Source of the DNA: Podarcis melisellensis
Lineage: Eukaryota
Assembly: GCA_964234715.1 (NCBI GenBank)
Contig: OZ174281.1
DNA length: 64,000 nt
Strand: one strand, 5' to 3'
Below the pieces are notes generated by a model, which was not told the DNA's origin, searched no databases, and saw only the letters and a list, made by a program, of their open reading frames with translations. Numbering within the stretch: the stretch's first letter is position 1; each line of letters begins with the position of its first letter. This document shows, in pieces, positions 25,976 to 39,293 of the stretch. The position numbers and the translations under genes were made by a program.

Positions 25976-27566
25976 GTCTCTGGAAAATAGGGACACTTGG
26001 AGAGTCTGGGAGAACAAAACAGAAAATGAAATGCCTGCTTATTTTCACTACTTTGGGTGGGACGGGGGGGCACACACACACACACACACATATCAAACTA
26101 AGAGTATGAAATGGCAGCATTTTTTGTTGTTGTTAATGTAGCTGCAGCACATTTACTACTTTTCCTGGCACATCTGAACCCCTTAAATGCTCTTTTCTTC
26201 TCACTGTGTCTCTTAAAATTATGGTGCAAGCACAGAGAGGGGAGGGGAAGCATTATCTGAAAAGTCTTCTTTCCCTTTACAGCTACAACCCTGCCAATGC
26301 AATACTGAGAACAGAGGGGAGGAATAATATGGGTTCCATATGGATGACATACCTTTTGGCCTAGCTGACATTTCAACATTTTGAAACAATGCACATATTA
26401 CAGATGTAGTTAATTTGGTCCTTACTGCAAACCACTACATATACAGTAAATCATCTTGTAGGTTTCCTCCTCCCACATTCATAGCTGTGTGCAGAACAAT
26501 TCCAACAAGCAGCAGACCAACTGACATAAAATGTAGACCACAAGCCAGTTGTTAGAATGCAATTCCAGTCTCTAGAGAGTGCCTTTAAGTAAATAGAAGG
26601 AACAACAGTTTGGAGGGTTGGAGGTTTATAACCGAAGCGGGTGTAATGCTAATGAAAGCCAAAGATTTCTTATCAAATGTTACTTCAGTGAATAATAGGA
26701 GAAACCTCTTCTTTAATGGACAGTCTGCTTCTTCTGTGGCTTCTGTCTCTGAAATTCCCTTCCTTTTCATATGAGATTTCATTCAAAAGAAGCACTTTCA
26801 GGAAATTCCAACAATATTTTCGGTCCATAATGCAAATACTCAATTTGACCAATTCTTACTAGAATATGAAAATAATCTGGTAATCTAAATTTGTAGTAAT
26901 CTACATTTTGGAAAGCCGACAAGCAGCATTTCAGGAAAGTGCTTTATTTTCACAATTTCTTTATTGATTATGTTGTCTACCAAACTAGTGTACAGGCCAA
27001 AAACTTTTATAAGGTTGTCCAGATTGTGCACAGATGAGCATTCTATTCCACACAAGTGATGTCAACACAGACTTGGAGATTGATCCAGGAAAAAGTAAGA
27101 GACTTTTTAACATGTGTAATAAAAATGCAATATCTGTGTTGTTAGAATGCTCTTCCACACTACAACCACTTTCTCTATCGCATTCATATTGATCATATGT
27201 TCACATGATTAGCAGAAGAGAGACTCAAAGGAGATTTCACCCTAAGAATGTTTTGTGAGCAATGACTGCTCTCCTACGCCTTCAGTGCTAAGCTGTCAAG
27301 GCACTTGTCCAGCTATCCAGATGCAGCACAGCAAAGCTTTAATTCTCTGAGAATAGAAAGGTGGTTGAGCAGTTAAATTGCCCAAGTACTTGGGGTGACC
27401 AAAAACAATTTTTTAAAAATCTGTGGGATTATCTCATCATCCCAGTAGTGGATACCCAAGTTAAATTCCCTTCTCAGCACTGAAGATCACCTTCAGTGAC
27501 TCCTCCTTAGTCTAACCAGCCACATTAAGTTGTCTTATGGATAAAATATGTGATGGAGAGCCATAT

Positions 27567-27689
27567 TAAGGTTACCAGATTTTTTTCAATGAATCTGGGG
27601 ACACTTTTCAACTTCAATGGATTTTGTATGGGGACTGATTTGTAAATCCAGGGACTGTCCCTGGGAAACGGGGGCGCCTGGTAACCTTA
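27567..27689. mobile_element. Short MITE inserted in a MIR/CORE-like SINE (~27450-27757)
   Basis: Inverted termini TAAGGTTACCAG / CTGGTAACCTTA, with CCATAT duplicated on both sides. The host resumes ATGCCATCTTGAGCTCCTTGGAAGGAAGGCAGGATGTAAGTGTAATAAATA. Confidence 0.75.
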
Positions 27690-30571
27690 CCATATATGCC
27701 ATCTTGAGCTCCTTGGAAGGAAGGCAGGATGTAAGTGTAATAAATAGATAAATAAACTCAAAGATCCTAAGCCATTTCTGGATCAATATGGCAACCCTAC
27801 CTTCTTTTTTTTCTACTCCAAAAAAGCCATCATAGGGTTAGACTAGTGCAAACTTAGATAGGGTATGTTTACCAGTGCATGGTATTTCTAATGAATTTTA
27901 CGAGTCAGCACAGACATACATACAAACTTCCCAGCACTATTCCCTTCCTTGGGCAGGAGCTCACTTTCACACTACATGCTCAAAAAGGTGCATATTAGAG
28001 CTAAAAACTAGATAGATATTTTATTCCTCTTTTATGAGGTGTTTGTAATTCCTCCTACTTGTGTGTTATCTGCAAATCTAAGGATCCTCTCCACCTCAAG
28101 TCATTGAAGATTATTTGGTCCAGGACAGAGTACTGAGGCACCCAACTTGAAACCTCCCTCAAAAGTTTGATGAGAAACCACTGGTACTCTTTGAGTATGA
28201 ATTTACAACCATCTGTGAATCCACTCAATGGTACAGTGTGCCCAGAGTTTTGATGATCTGCTTTTTCAATCTCATCCCAAGAGTGTTTTCCTTTAAAATA
28301 CGTATATTATTTCTATGGTCAGGTTTATATTTATTCAATGAGAACTTTATTCTGCCAGGAAGCTGGACAACAAAATGTCATTTAGCAATTGCTCAATAGG
28401 CAGATGTAATTAAGCAACTTATTTATGGTACATAGACTCATGACACATTATAATAACCAATAATGTATTGCTATTTTGCATTATCACATGCATATGCTAG
28501 ACTAACAAGTAGCAGCTAACAACCATCTTGAGCACATCAGATCAGACACAGTATAAAGCATTTATACTAAGGTTTTGCAGGAAGAGTACATATTTCACTT
28601 GCTTACCATAGGCTATTGTAACCACACTGGTTAGCCCACTGAGAATATCTAAATGTTATAATAAATCTTATCTCAGGACTTTACTATCAGTTTGATAAAC
28701 ATTTCAGGTAATTTCAGTAGTGACATTACAAACTACATATCTTTAAGAACAGAATAGTAAAGACACTACAAACTTCCTCCCACACTTCCTGTATATAAAG
28801 AGCAAGCCTTCCTATTCTTTCATGATACAATACTGCCGTTTCCTGGTACCCTATTTTGTTACTCACAGAAAGGGTCCACAAACATGTATCCCCCACATGA
28901 AAGGGATTGACATCGATGTAGAACAAAGGAGTCACTTCCTCCAAGAGAAGCCCCCACCACCACCATAAAAAAAAACACATTCAACTTGTTGCTTAATTTA
29001 GTACTACCATTGCAGATAGCATCATGGTGAGTGGGTCAGGGGAGCCACACAAAAAGAGGATGAGGGAAAGGTAGTGTTGGCAGAGTTCCATCACTGTATT
29101 TTTTATTATTGGTAGCCTCAGCCATAAGTTTTTTTGGGACAGTCACAGAAGCCAAACTGATCTGGCAGGAAAGAGAGATGACGGTAATGAATTATATAGA
29201 TGGAAATAGGCAAGTATGCTGAAGTTTATGGCACAGCAGGAAACTAGGCCATATTGTGCTACATACTAGGCTTGTTGCAAATGCAAAAGAACTGATTTGT
29301 TCCCAATAATTAGCACAGTCTTCAAAAACGAAAAAGAAAGCCAGTCAATAGAGCTCAGGAACCTGCTTGTAGGTCAGCAACATCACCCAGAACTGAGGCT
29401 AAGTTGGAGTAGGGAACTGGGTCTGAAAAATGACTTCTTGTGCCTTTGAGAACTGTAGAGCACCAAAAAGGACATGTTTTAACAGTGAGGGAAGCACTAC
29501 AAAGGGATGCATGTAGGTGAGGCCTTTCCTTTCAATAGATGCTCATGGATAGGGACTGCATGCCTAATCCTTACCAGAGTCAGGACTACTTTCCTTCTGT
29601 TCCGCAGTGACACATTCAGACACAACCAAAGAAGTTTATTGCTGGTTTGGCCTTCCTTACATTGTGCAACAGTATAGACCATGGCAAAGGACTGCGGTAA
29701 GGAAGCGCAGTATGGAAAGCTGAATGAAAATATAAAAACACTAGGAAAGTGTTCCGGAGTTGTGTCACACATTTATTACAGCAGAAAGAAAAAATCACTA
29801 TTCCTCTGTGCTAATAAAACCCCACATATTTATATTTAAAAAACTTAAATTTAGGTGTTACATTTTCACATTTCTCTTATTTGTTATCAATATTTATTAC
29901 ATTTATATACTGCCCTCTATCTGAGGAACAGGGCAGTTTACAGTATAACTGGGGATTGTGTACACTGGGTATTAAAAGGGGGAGAAACTATCCCAACTCC
30001 ATGTCTGAATTTCATGCAAGTTCAAATTCAGTGCACTTTGTGTCGGCTTTCATATATTTGAAATATATATTTGAAATATACATCTGAACACTAGAATTTT
30101 TTATGAGGTATCATATAAAAAATGTGTTGTGCGTTCTCTGTATTTTTTATCATGTTTTCCTAAATATATTACAGATGGGCTTCATAGAACATTAACTGCA
30201 AATATTACTAGATCTTGTCTTCACATGCAGGGGAAGTCCCTAACGCACAGAGGGTTTGAGACTCATTGGCTACCCTCACCTTGATAAGCCAGCCAGTTGA
30301 AGCCATTCCTCTGATATGGCTTTTGTTGCATGCTAGCAGCTTCTAGGAGCCACAGGTGAGAGCTGAGTGCAGGGTGGGGACCAAAGGTGGACAAACCTTT
30401 GCCTTCAGCTGTGGATGGCAAGGAGCAGGTGGCCGTGCACTGCCACTCCACCACCTTTCTGCCTAGCCTTGGTCCACTGCCTGAGTCATGAGACTTTCTT
30501 TGCCTCACTGGAGGAACAGCCCTGCACCCAGTAACCAGAGTAATTTGCTGGGAGGTGGTATGTTCCTGTTA

Positions 30572-30792
30572 CAGTGGTACCTCGGGTTACAGACACTTCA
30601 GGTTACAGACTCCGCTAACCCAGAAATAGTACCTCGGGTTAAGAACTTTGCTTCAGGATGAGAACAGAAATTGTGCGGCGGCAGCAGCAGCAGGAGACCC
30701 CATTAGCTAAAGTGGTACCTCAGGTTAAGAACAGTTTCAGGTTAAGAACGGACCTCCAGAATGAATTAAGTTCTTAACCCGAGGTACCACTG
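30572..30792. mobile_element. Tc1/mariner-type MITE, family A, copy 2 (opposite orientation)
   Basis: TA|CAGTGGTACCTCGGGTTA...TAACCCGAGGTACCACTG|TA. Confidence 0.92.
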
Positions 30793-30828
30793 TATTTCTG
30801 GACTCAATTTAAAATGCTAGTCTTAGCC

Positions 30829-31083
30829 CAGGGCTCAGCAACCTTTCACAGCAGTGGGCCGGTCCACTGTCCCTCACACCATGTGGTGGGCCGGACTATT
30901 TTTTTTTGGGGGGGGGAGAATGAACAAATTCCTATGCCCCACAAATAACGCAGAGACGCATTTTAAATAAAACGACACATTCTACTCATGTAAAAACATG
31001 CTGATTCCCGGACCATCCGGGGGCCGGATTGAGAAGGCGATTGGGCCACATCTGGCCCATGGGCCTTAGGTTGCCTACCCCTG
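30829..31083. mobile_element. hAT-type MITE
   Basis: CAGGGCTCAGCAACCT...AGGTTGCCTACCCCTG termini with a perfect 8-bp TSD TCTTAGCC (30821-30828 and 31084-31091). Confidence 0.9.
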
Positions 31084-33681
31084 TCTTAGCCTATAAAGCT
31101 CTAAGAAACTTTGATGAAGTTGGATGGAAGTTGGAATCTTCTTTGTGGTCACACTAATATGAATCATTGTAGAGCAAGAGTGGAGAATCTTAGGTCTGGT
31201 GACCAAACACAATGCTCCAAGCCCCTCTCTATCCAGCTCTTGGGACCCTCTCCAGGCCATGTTTTTCACTGATGCTTCTCTACAACCAAACAGTCTCCCA
31301 ACCACCCAGTGCTTTTGCCTGGCGGGATTGTTTCTGTGAACTGAATACTGTACTTCTTGCTTGCCTGAATAGAGGGTAGAGAGTGGAGAGGTGTGGCCGT
31401 GTGTAGAAATTTCTGGTTTTTGCATGGCTGGAATGCAGGGCTAATGTGCAAATGAAAGAGTTGCATTTCTTTTCACCCACTTTTCACAACTTACCACACC
31501 CACTTTTACTTCTGCTGCCCAAAAGCTTAAATTGTCCACATTTAGGCTGAAATAAGATTCCCTACTGCTATTGTGGAGATTTGCCTGGCTCTTACCAGTT
31601 ATCTTTCATATAGATATTTAAATTATTTTTATTCAAAAAGACTTTTAATACCTCATTCTGTTACTGTGGTCAGTGATTTCAACAACTATTTTTCATGCCT
31701 AGTTTGTAACCTGCTCTAGCAGAAGGATGGCACATAGATACAAAAATAAATAATGAGTGCATCATATAATTTCTGGCAACTCTACACCCCATGAATAGTT
31801 GCAGAGTCATCCTCATATTCCTTAATTTTAGGGGTTTGTTGTTGTTTTTCCTTAAGCATGGGAAGACATTCCCCCTTGATGGGGAAATGTTAACTTAAAT
31901 GGAATGTTTGTTTATACTTCTAGATTGCTTGTTTATTTTAGTAATGGTAAGCTAGGCTCAGTGCCCTTGTAAGGACCTGTTTAAAAATGATCTGGAATTT
32001 TTTATACAGCTCCCCCACCCCCGTTCTATTACTGGTTATTATCCCTTGGGAGTTATACTAACTGACTAGTAATAAACCTGCCTCCTAGACAGCACAGTCT
32101 GATTCATTCAGACAAGTAATATAAAATGACAGTGAACAGTTGCAATTAATTCTGAATTAACAAAATTTCACTAATTTTGTAGAATCCTTTATGTTTGATT
32201 TTGGGAATGTGTTTCTGTTAGATACAGGTTCCAGTTGGAACCCAGAGTTTAGCAAGCATCTTGCAGCAAAAAAAAAATTCTCCTTCAAATGTTGGTTATC
32301 TTGGAGATCTAGCACACATGACGATTTCCTTTTACCTTTGTCAAATGATCAAGATGATAGATTCTAGTAACCCCACCATACATCCTTTAAGCTTTGCTTT
32401 TTTTCCTCTGCTGACATCTGTGTACTGCAGAATAGTATCTTCTTTCTAAAGGAGACCTGCTATTCCACTGACCCCCTGCTGTCTTATTGTTTCTTTGTGC
32501 TCCCTCTTCTCTTACTCCCTTGTTGTCTTTAGATTTATCACCTACCCTTTCCAAGGTCTTGGGGTTGAGTAACAATCTGTTTCCCTAAAAAAAAGCCCAT
32601 GCTAGAATGCAAACATAAAGTTAATGGCTCTGTTTCTCTCCATAGACTTCAACCCAGTATGCTGACAGTGGTTGTTATCTGAAAGAGTGTTGTTAGTTGT
32701 CCCCCATGTTACAGAGGCCAACCAGAAGTTGTGCATTTAGTACCACTGGTTCCATGCTGCAGAAAACCCTTCCAAACAGAGACTCAGCAGGCATCCTTGC
32801 TTTTGCCTTTTGACTCTTGAAGACATTTTCATGCTGACAGGGCCTATACAGTTGTTTTGAATTTTCTTGAGTAGCCACTCATTTCAATGATGGTACTGTA
32901 CTATTTTTAATCTTTTTATATTGTTGTACACCACACTTATATTTTATGAGAGAGCAGCATATAAATACTTCTATAAATATAAATATATAGCATACAATAT
33001 GTTCAACATAAACTGGTAAAATATTTCAGGCCGCGGGATAAATATAGCTGCATATGAAAATTGTAATGGATTTTACAAGTCCCAGACAAGAACCAAGTAA
33101 AAGCTTCTGAACAAAACTTGCTACTTCTACAACATCACAATGAAGCCATGTAATGTGAAGTTGCAATGCAGCTTATTATGCTATAAAATATATTGTAATA
33201 GATGATGGCATCCCTTGGTGGGGGGGGGGGGGAATATTACATGGCAGGCAGAATTCAATGGGGAATTATTTAGGAAACTGACTGTTGATCTAGGGAAGAG
33301 ACACTCCCGGAAACATATGGCTTCGAAGATCAGTTTTTATTATCTATGGCACTGTTCTAAGTGGGCTTCTGTAGTCCCTCAGTGGTATTTAACATTCCTT
33401 CCACTTGTAAGTTATAACACTACCAGTTTTGATACACTAGTGTAGTGTAGTGTAGGTTGTCAGAATTTGTTTTAAGAGCACTAGCAAGAAGCAGATACTC
33501 ACAAGTAGCAGCTAGACTTGGACCTGCTTTGCATGTAACTCTAAGCCAATGCTGGCAAAGCTGTGTAGCTGGACTCAAACTCCCACTATCCCTGACTGCA
33601 GACCATGCTGGCTGGGCCTGAAATAAGTTGGAGATCAGTAACATCTAGAGGGCCATAGGTTCCCCAGCCCTGTCCAAAGCC

Positions 33682-34046
33682 AAACCATGGCTTAGCATGA
33701 CTGAGCAAATGTACAGGCTTCCAGTGAGAAGATTGTGGTTGTTTTGCTTCTGTATTGTAACTGTGGGCTAATCTGTCATTTGGCTTACTGTTACATCCTA
33801 ACCTGGGCTCATGGTTTATCTCTTCCAGACAAACCACAAGCAATGCATCATAGAACAAGTATTGACTGCATCTTATGGTTTGTCTGGAGCAAAATAAACC
33901 GTGAGCCCAGGTTTGGCTGCAATGCTAAGCCAAATCACAGTGAAGCTCAAAGCAGTGTGGCAGCAGCAAAACTAGGAGGAGCACAGCAGCTGCAATGTTC
34001 TCAATGGGAGCCCACATGTTTGCTCATTCAAGCTAAGCCGTGGTTT
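33682..34046. mobile_element. Palindromic (fold-back) MITE
   Basis: The left arm (AAACCATGGCTTAGC...AACCTGGGCTCATGGTTTAT...CCAGACAAACCA) is the reverse complement of the right arm (TGGTTTGTCTGG...ATAAACCGTGAGCCCAGGTT...GCTAAGCCGTGGTTT). Confidence 0.75.
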
Positions 34047-34396
34047 CCTTTCATGTTAAGTGTGAATTGGGCATTAGTGGCATAACAGGCTATATGTTTC
34101 TTGAACCATCTGCACAGGAAGCACCTCTGTCTTGCTTGGATTTAACATCGGCTTGTTTCCCTCATCCATCCCCAAACTGCACTAGTTTGAATTTCCACAG
34201 GCTCTGAGATTAAAAAAAAGAAGAAGTGGAGATGAGAGCTGGAAACTCAGAAACATACTAACAATACTATAGCTTAAACTTCCAGATGACTTTCCCCAGC
34301 ATTATCATGATAGACGTTTAAGATCAGGAGGTGCAATATCGATTCTGTGGAACCCTTTTGGCCAAGGGCCAAGGAATGGAGCTAAGTCCTGCAGTA

Positions 34397-34585
34397 TCAC
34401 CTTATGGAAACAACCAAAACAATGCCTCCTAAGCCCAGCCCAAGAGGTCCAGAAAGATACCGTGGTTGATGGTACTGCAGGGTAGCATTCCCCAAATAGG
34501 TTATCTCGCTCAAGTCATCTGTCAAGGCAACCAAAACTGTTTCCATCCCACAACCAAGCTTGAAACCAGATTGGAATTGATGCTT
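34397..34585 (-). mobile_element. L2 LINE reverse-transcriptase fragment
   Basis: FQSGFKLGCGMETVLVALTDDL resembles the L2 motif FQSGFRPGxGTETALVALxDDL. Confidence 0.7.
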
Positions 34586-37500
34586 CATTCAAGTCTACCT
34601 TGAAATGACAGGATGCCCAGTAAGACAGAATGCATGCATACTTACATACATACATACTACATACTTAGACCAAACTCCATGCTATAGATTTCTCTTGCAT
34701 TTAAAATCCAGGGCACATAAAAGAAGCGTTAGTTTTCAAAAGATGCATTTTTAGAATAGTACATTCTGCCACAGCATCTTCTTATTTCACGTTTCTATTT
34801 TAGAAAGACTTTCTACACATTGCCACCTTGTGGATATATCACCTAACTGTATTATTGTTCTCCAGTCTTCACATCACATTGCTTTTCATGTTTTATACAG
34901 CTTGCTGCATATATTGGATTAGTTACTGGATCACTTAGTTAAGTGAGATACTTAAACTAATATTTTAAAAGTCCAATAAAATTCTCAGTCATTTGTCATT
35001 ATAAATATGGTATGCCATTGAATGGTTTTATTGTTTAGAAATATTGATTGCAATGTTTTCGAATTGTTTTACATGTACTGCCAGCCACTTTAGGCTTCCT
35101 GTAGGAAGAAAAAGAAGGTCATAAATATGAAATTCAGTCAATATCTATCTTAGTAATGCAACAAAAACACAGAACTTACTTTGTGCATTCATGCACCTTC
35201 CCCAATTGCTAGAATGAAATGATTCTTTGCAGCAATTCAGTTCTGAAAAAGAAAATAAAGCATTGTTTAGATCAGCAAGAAAATCAGAAGCAGCAACCTA
35301 AGACATTTGTTTTTACAGAGGCACAGTCATGTAGCCATAGAAATATGAGAAACTATTCATTACAGTGCACGCTATCAAACACAGAGCTACTGTTAACAAG
35401 ATGCATCTCCTATATTGTGATGTCTCCTTGATCTAGGCATAACACATGCCTGAAACATGAAAAACACAAAAGGTAATTGGAAAGATAGACTGTAATCACT
35501 TCTCCATTCTAATGAGCAGGCCCCACTAAGCCCTGGGAATTCAACATGGTGCAATCCTTACACAATTATTTATATAAATAGTTAGAGTGTGAATACCCAT
35601 AGGACACATCAGGATATCTGTATGAATGTTACATCATGCTGCAGTACAAAAGGTGTTTATCTCCAAGATAAAAAAAAAAAAAACAGAGAGAGAAACTGTT
35701 CACAGATGTCTGAACCTAAGCAAAAAAGAAAAAGTGTTTTATATGTCTTCTCCAGAATAAAACACTGGTTGATATCCTAAATGTGAAAATACTGAAACTT
35801 AGGCCTGTTATATAAAATGAAGGATATGGCAGACAAGCAGTGTGGCTCTTGGGATTGGTTGTAGGTAAGAAAGTAGGCAGGTGCAGGGTGGGCTGAGGGC
35901 AGACTGAGGTTGGTGGGATGATCCCCATTCAGCAGCAGTAATATCCCACCTTGTTCTTCTTTTGGTATCTGCACACATGGAAAAGCACTATTTGTTTGCA
36001 ATGTTCAGTCATGTAACACAGTGTGTGAGCTATCTGGGGTAGCTAAATACTTAGCCACCTCACAGCCATCTTCTAGTTGCTATGGTTAGGTAAGATTTGT
36101 TCTCCTTGCACCCTCCAAACAGATTGCCTCTCAGGACACCAAGATCCTTCAGATTCATAGTGAAGCAATACTTTCCCCTCTTGAATGGCAACATTTGAAA
36201 ACGCGTCAAGTGAACTGATATTACCCTTCATTTACTTTCCAGTTCTTAACAGCTTCCATTCGCTTCAGCATATCACTCGATATCTTCCAAGTACAAGCTG
36301 TCAGCTCCCCTGAAACTCTTACCCCTGAGCATCAAGACCTTGCCACATTTCCTTTCCAACACTTTCATGCACATGACAGAAAGGTGCAAACTTAAATTTC
36401 CCAGTTATATGGAGTGCTAAACCAAGTGATTTCAATGATTAATATTCATTAAATGATGCATGGAATAGGAAGCTGCTTAAGGAAGCAGGACGAAAAGCTG
36501 AGTCAGATCATTGCTCCACCCCACTGAGTATTGTCCAATGCAGCCAACGTGGTGCCCTCCAGGTGTTGTTGGGACTACAACTCCCATCAGTCCCAGTCAA
36601 CATAGCCAATGCTCAGAGACAATAGAAGCCATAGTCCATCAACTATTGCTGACCTTGCGCCACATATATATTTGTGTGGCTGGAACATGTCCTTGAGCGA
36701 TAGTAATGTTTTTTCCTTAACTTAATGGATGGTAGAGAGGGGTGTGAAAGTCTGTGCAGAAGCTGGCCTAGTGTACAAAGATAAAATTCACACCCACTGC
36801 TTGGCGTGCTTTTGCCTCTGGCTTCATCCACCACTGATGTGTGCCCCTCAGAAGATTGCTCAGCAAGGAATGGAGTCACTAGGCTGAAAATGGATTCTCA
36901 GCCCTGATTTAGGTAGAGGATCATTCTCTGAAGAGAAACTCCCTTAAGCTATTAGCTCACCTCAGTTCTCTAACCTTAGAAGCACACACTACTTTGCGTT
37001 CCATTACAACAAATGAAAATGTATTATAAGCCAGGCACAAAAGCTCTGCAAGATAAGGGAGATCACTAACTTCTGGACTATACCAGGTTCCTAGACTGAT
37101 ACATGGTAACCTTCTGGCTTGTCAACCTAGATTTTGTGTGTGCATAAGTAGGATAGCACTAGGGGCTCTCTGTGTGTGTGTGTGTGTGTGTGCACACATA
37201 CCTAGCATCAATTGAAGAGGGAAGATAAAGCTTTCTAACTTATGCTTTTATTCACAAATCTCTTAGTTCTTTCATTTTGGTAGGGGTAGGCAGTGTGGTA
37301 CCCTCCAGATGTTTTGGACTCTAATACCTACCAGTTCCAGTCAGCATGGTCAGAGATCAGGGATGGTGGGAGTTGTAGCTCAAGAAGATCTGCATGGAAT
37401 CATGCTGACTATTTTTGCCTCAATGAGTTGGCAGTTGGATGCCTCTCTCTCTTCTTGTCTTCAGAGGTTTCCTCTGCCAATCTCTGGTCAAATCATTTCT

Positions 37501-39054
37501 GCCCAGCAGCAACTCCTCTGCCTCAACTCAATTTGGGACGTCAAGCAGGCCACATTTTTCTTCTGTGTTCAGGGAATCTGACATCTTACAAGGTTGAAGG
37601 TATGACATATTATGTCAGTTGTTTTGCTTTGAGAAATCATGAGGAGGTGCAAAAAGCAATGAAAGGCACTGAAGCATCACTTCCAGACCACTGGAAATTC
37701 TAACCATTTGCCACCCTTGCCACCTGTACTTGCTTTGGTTGCTGACCATTTGGTTGCTTTGGTTGCTGACCGTTCTCCAGGCATAGCATACTTATAGACT
37801 TGGAAGGCTAATTTGCCAGTGGTACCACCAGGGCAGGACTTTGGGGCAGGTATCCAGAGCCTCACTCAGCAGAATGGGGTTCCCCCAAACTCATCAGGGT
37901 TGGCTTACCACAATTTGAGGTGAATGAAGCAATACGGCCATCTAAAGAAGGGAGGCGCTATTAAACTACCAAGTTCGGAGTCTGAGGTTACTAAACTGTA
38001 CTACTGAACTTGATTTAGAAAGGGGGAGTGAATTAGATAAAAGGTTGACAATCTTAGGATGTTGGATCAATGGCAGTTTTCTATACAGTCCTGTTCATGA
38101 TCCACCTCTGTGGAAAACCACAAAAAATGGAGATGCCACCAAAAACCAGTGCAAAGAGAACTGGGAAGTTCCATAGAAAATTGATTCACACACACACAAA
38201 ATTTAGAAGCCACAGTGAGTCTTCTGCTACACAGACCTACTCTTGAAGAGAAATGGGGGGAAATGCTTTTTGCAAGTATTGCATAGAACTATTGCAGTAA
38301 TCACAAACAATCATCTTATGTTCCACTGTATTCTCTCCCATCATTATTATTTGCCCCAGCCTATGAGCCAGTTCTTTCATTATAGGAGCCACATGGCTAC
38401 CACTCCCTTCTTACTCCACCCCACACTCCCCATAGCAACATAAGAATGTAGGGAACAACATGGGAGGGAAGGACATGATTGTATGGAAAAAATGATGCTG
38501 GCATCAGAGTGTGGAGGATTACCATGGCTCTTGCAGTGAGATCCTTCCATGTGGTTTCTATGTGGTATGGGGCCCTCAAAGAGCAGTAACCACTAAGCTC
38601 TTGTAACATAAGAACAAAAGGGCAGAACATAAGAGCAAAAAGTCTGAAGCATTGGGGGAAGGGGAATGCCATCAGATGATGTGAAGATGTTCTGGATCTT
38701 CTATTGCTCTGGACACATGCAATGTATATGTTTTTCCCACCCCAACAATAGCCAAAGTCCATAAATTCTTTAGAGTAACAAGCTTTCATGTTATCAGTTC
38801 AGTCCACATATACAGGATATTCACTTCCACACTCAGGGGCTGGGATGCCTATTAGAGGGAATGATAGAACTGCAGAGACATTCCAGACCAGTCTGTACAT
38901 GTAAGTAAAGGACTCAGAACTCTGCTAATGTCACATCAAAGACACCAGGGACATAGCTACATTAGTAAAGAAATAGTGTTTTAAATGCATTATAACAATG
39001 GGACACCAGATGGTGCTGTGGAGTTCCATCTTTCACCAAAGTGCTTTCCCATTA

Positions 39055-39293
39055 CAGTGGTACCTTCGCTTCAGGTTACGCGATTTTGGGTTGTTACGCT
39101 GAACCCGAAAGTACCAGAATGGGTTACTTCCGGGTTTTGGTGCTCACGCATGCACAGAAGTGCTAAATCGTGCTTTGTGCAGAAGCACCGAATCACGACC
39201 CGCACGCGCAGACGTGGCGCTGCGGGTTGTGAACACTGCGAGTTTCGAATGTGCCTCCCACACAGATCACATTAGCAACCCGAGGTTCCACTG
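39055..39293. mobile_element. Tc1/mariner-type MITE, related termini but different interior
   Basis: TA|CAGTGGTACCT...AGGTTCCACTG|TA, with a CpG-rich interior unlike family A. Confidence 0.85.

Larger units (their letters stand above)
24872..26008. mobile_element. Non-autonomous DNA-transposon-like host element carrying two nested insertions
   Basis: Repeated GAAAATAGGGAC/T motifs and the terminus GGAAAATAGGGACACTTGGAGAGTCTG. The sequence becomes contiguous once the MITE and LTR are removed. Left boundary approximate. Confidence 0.55.
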
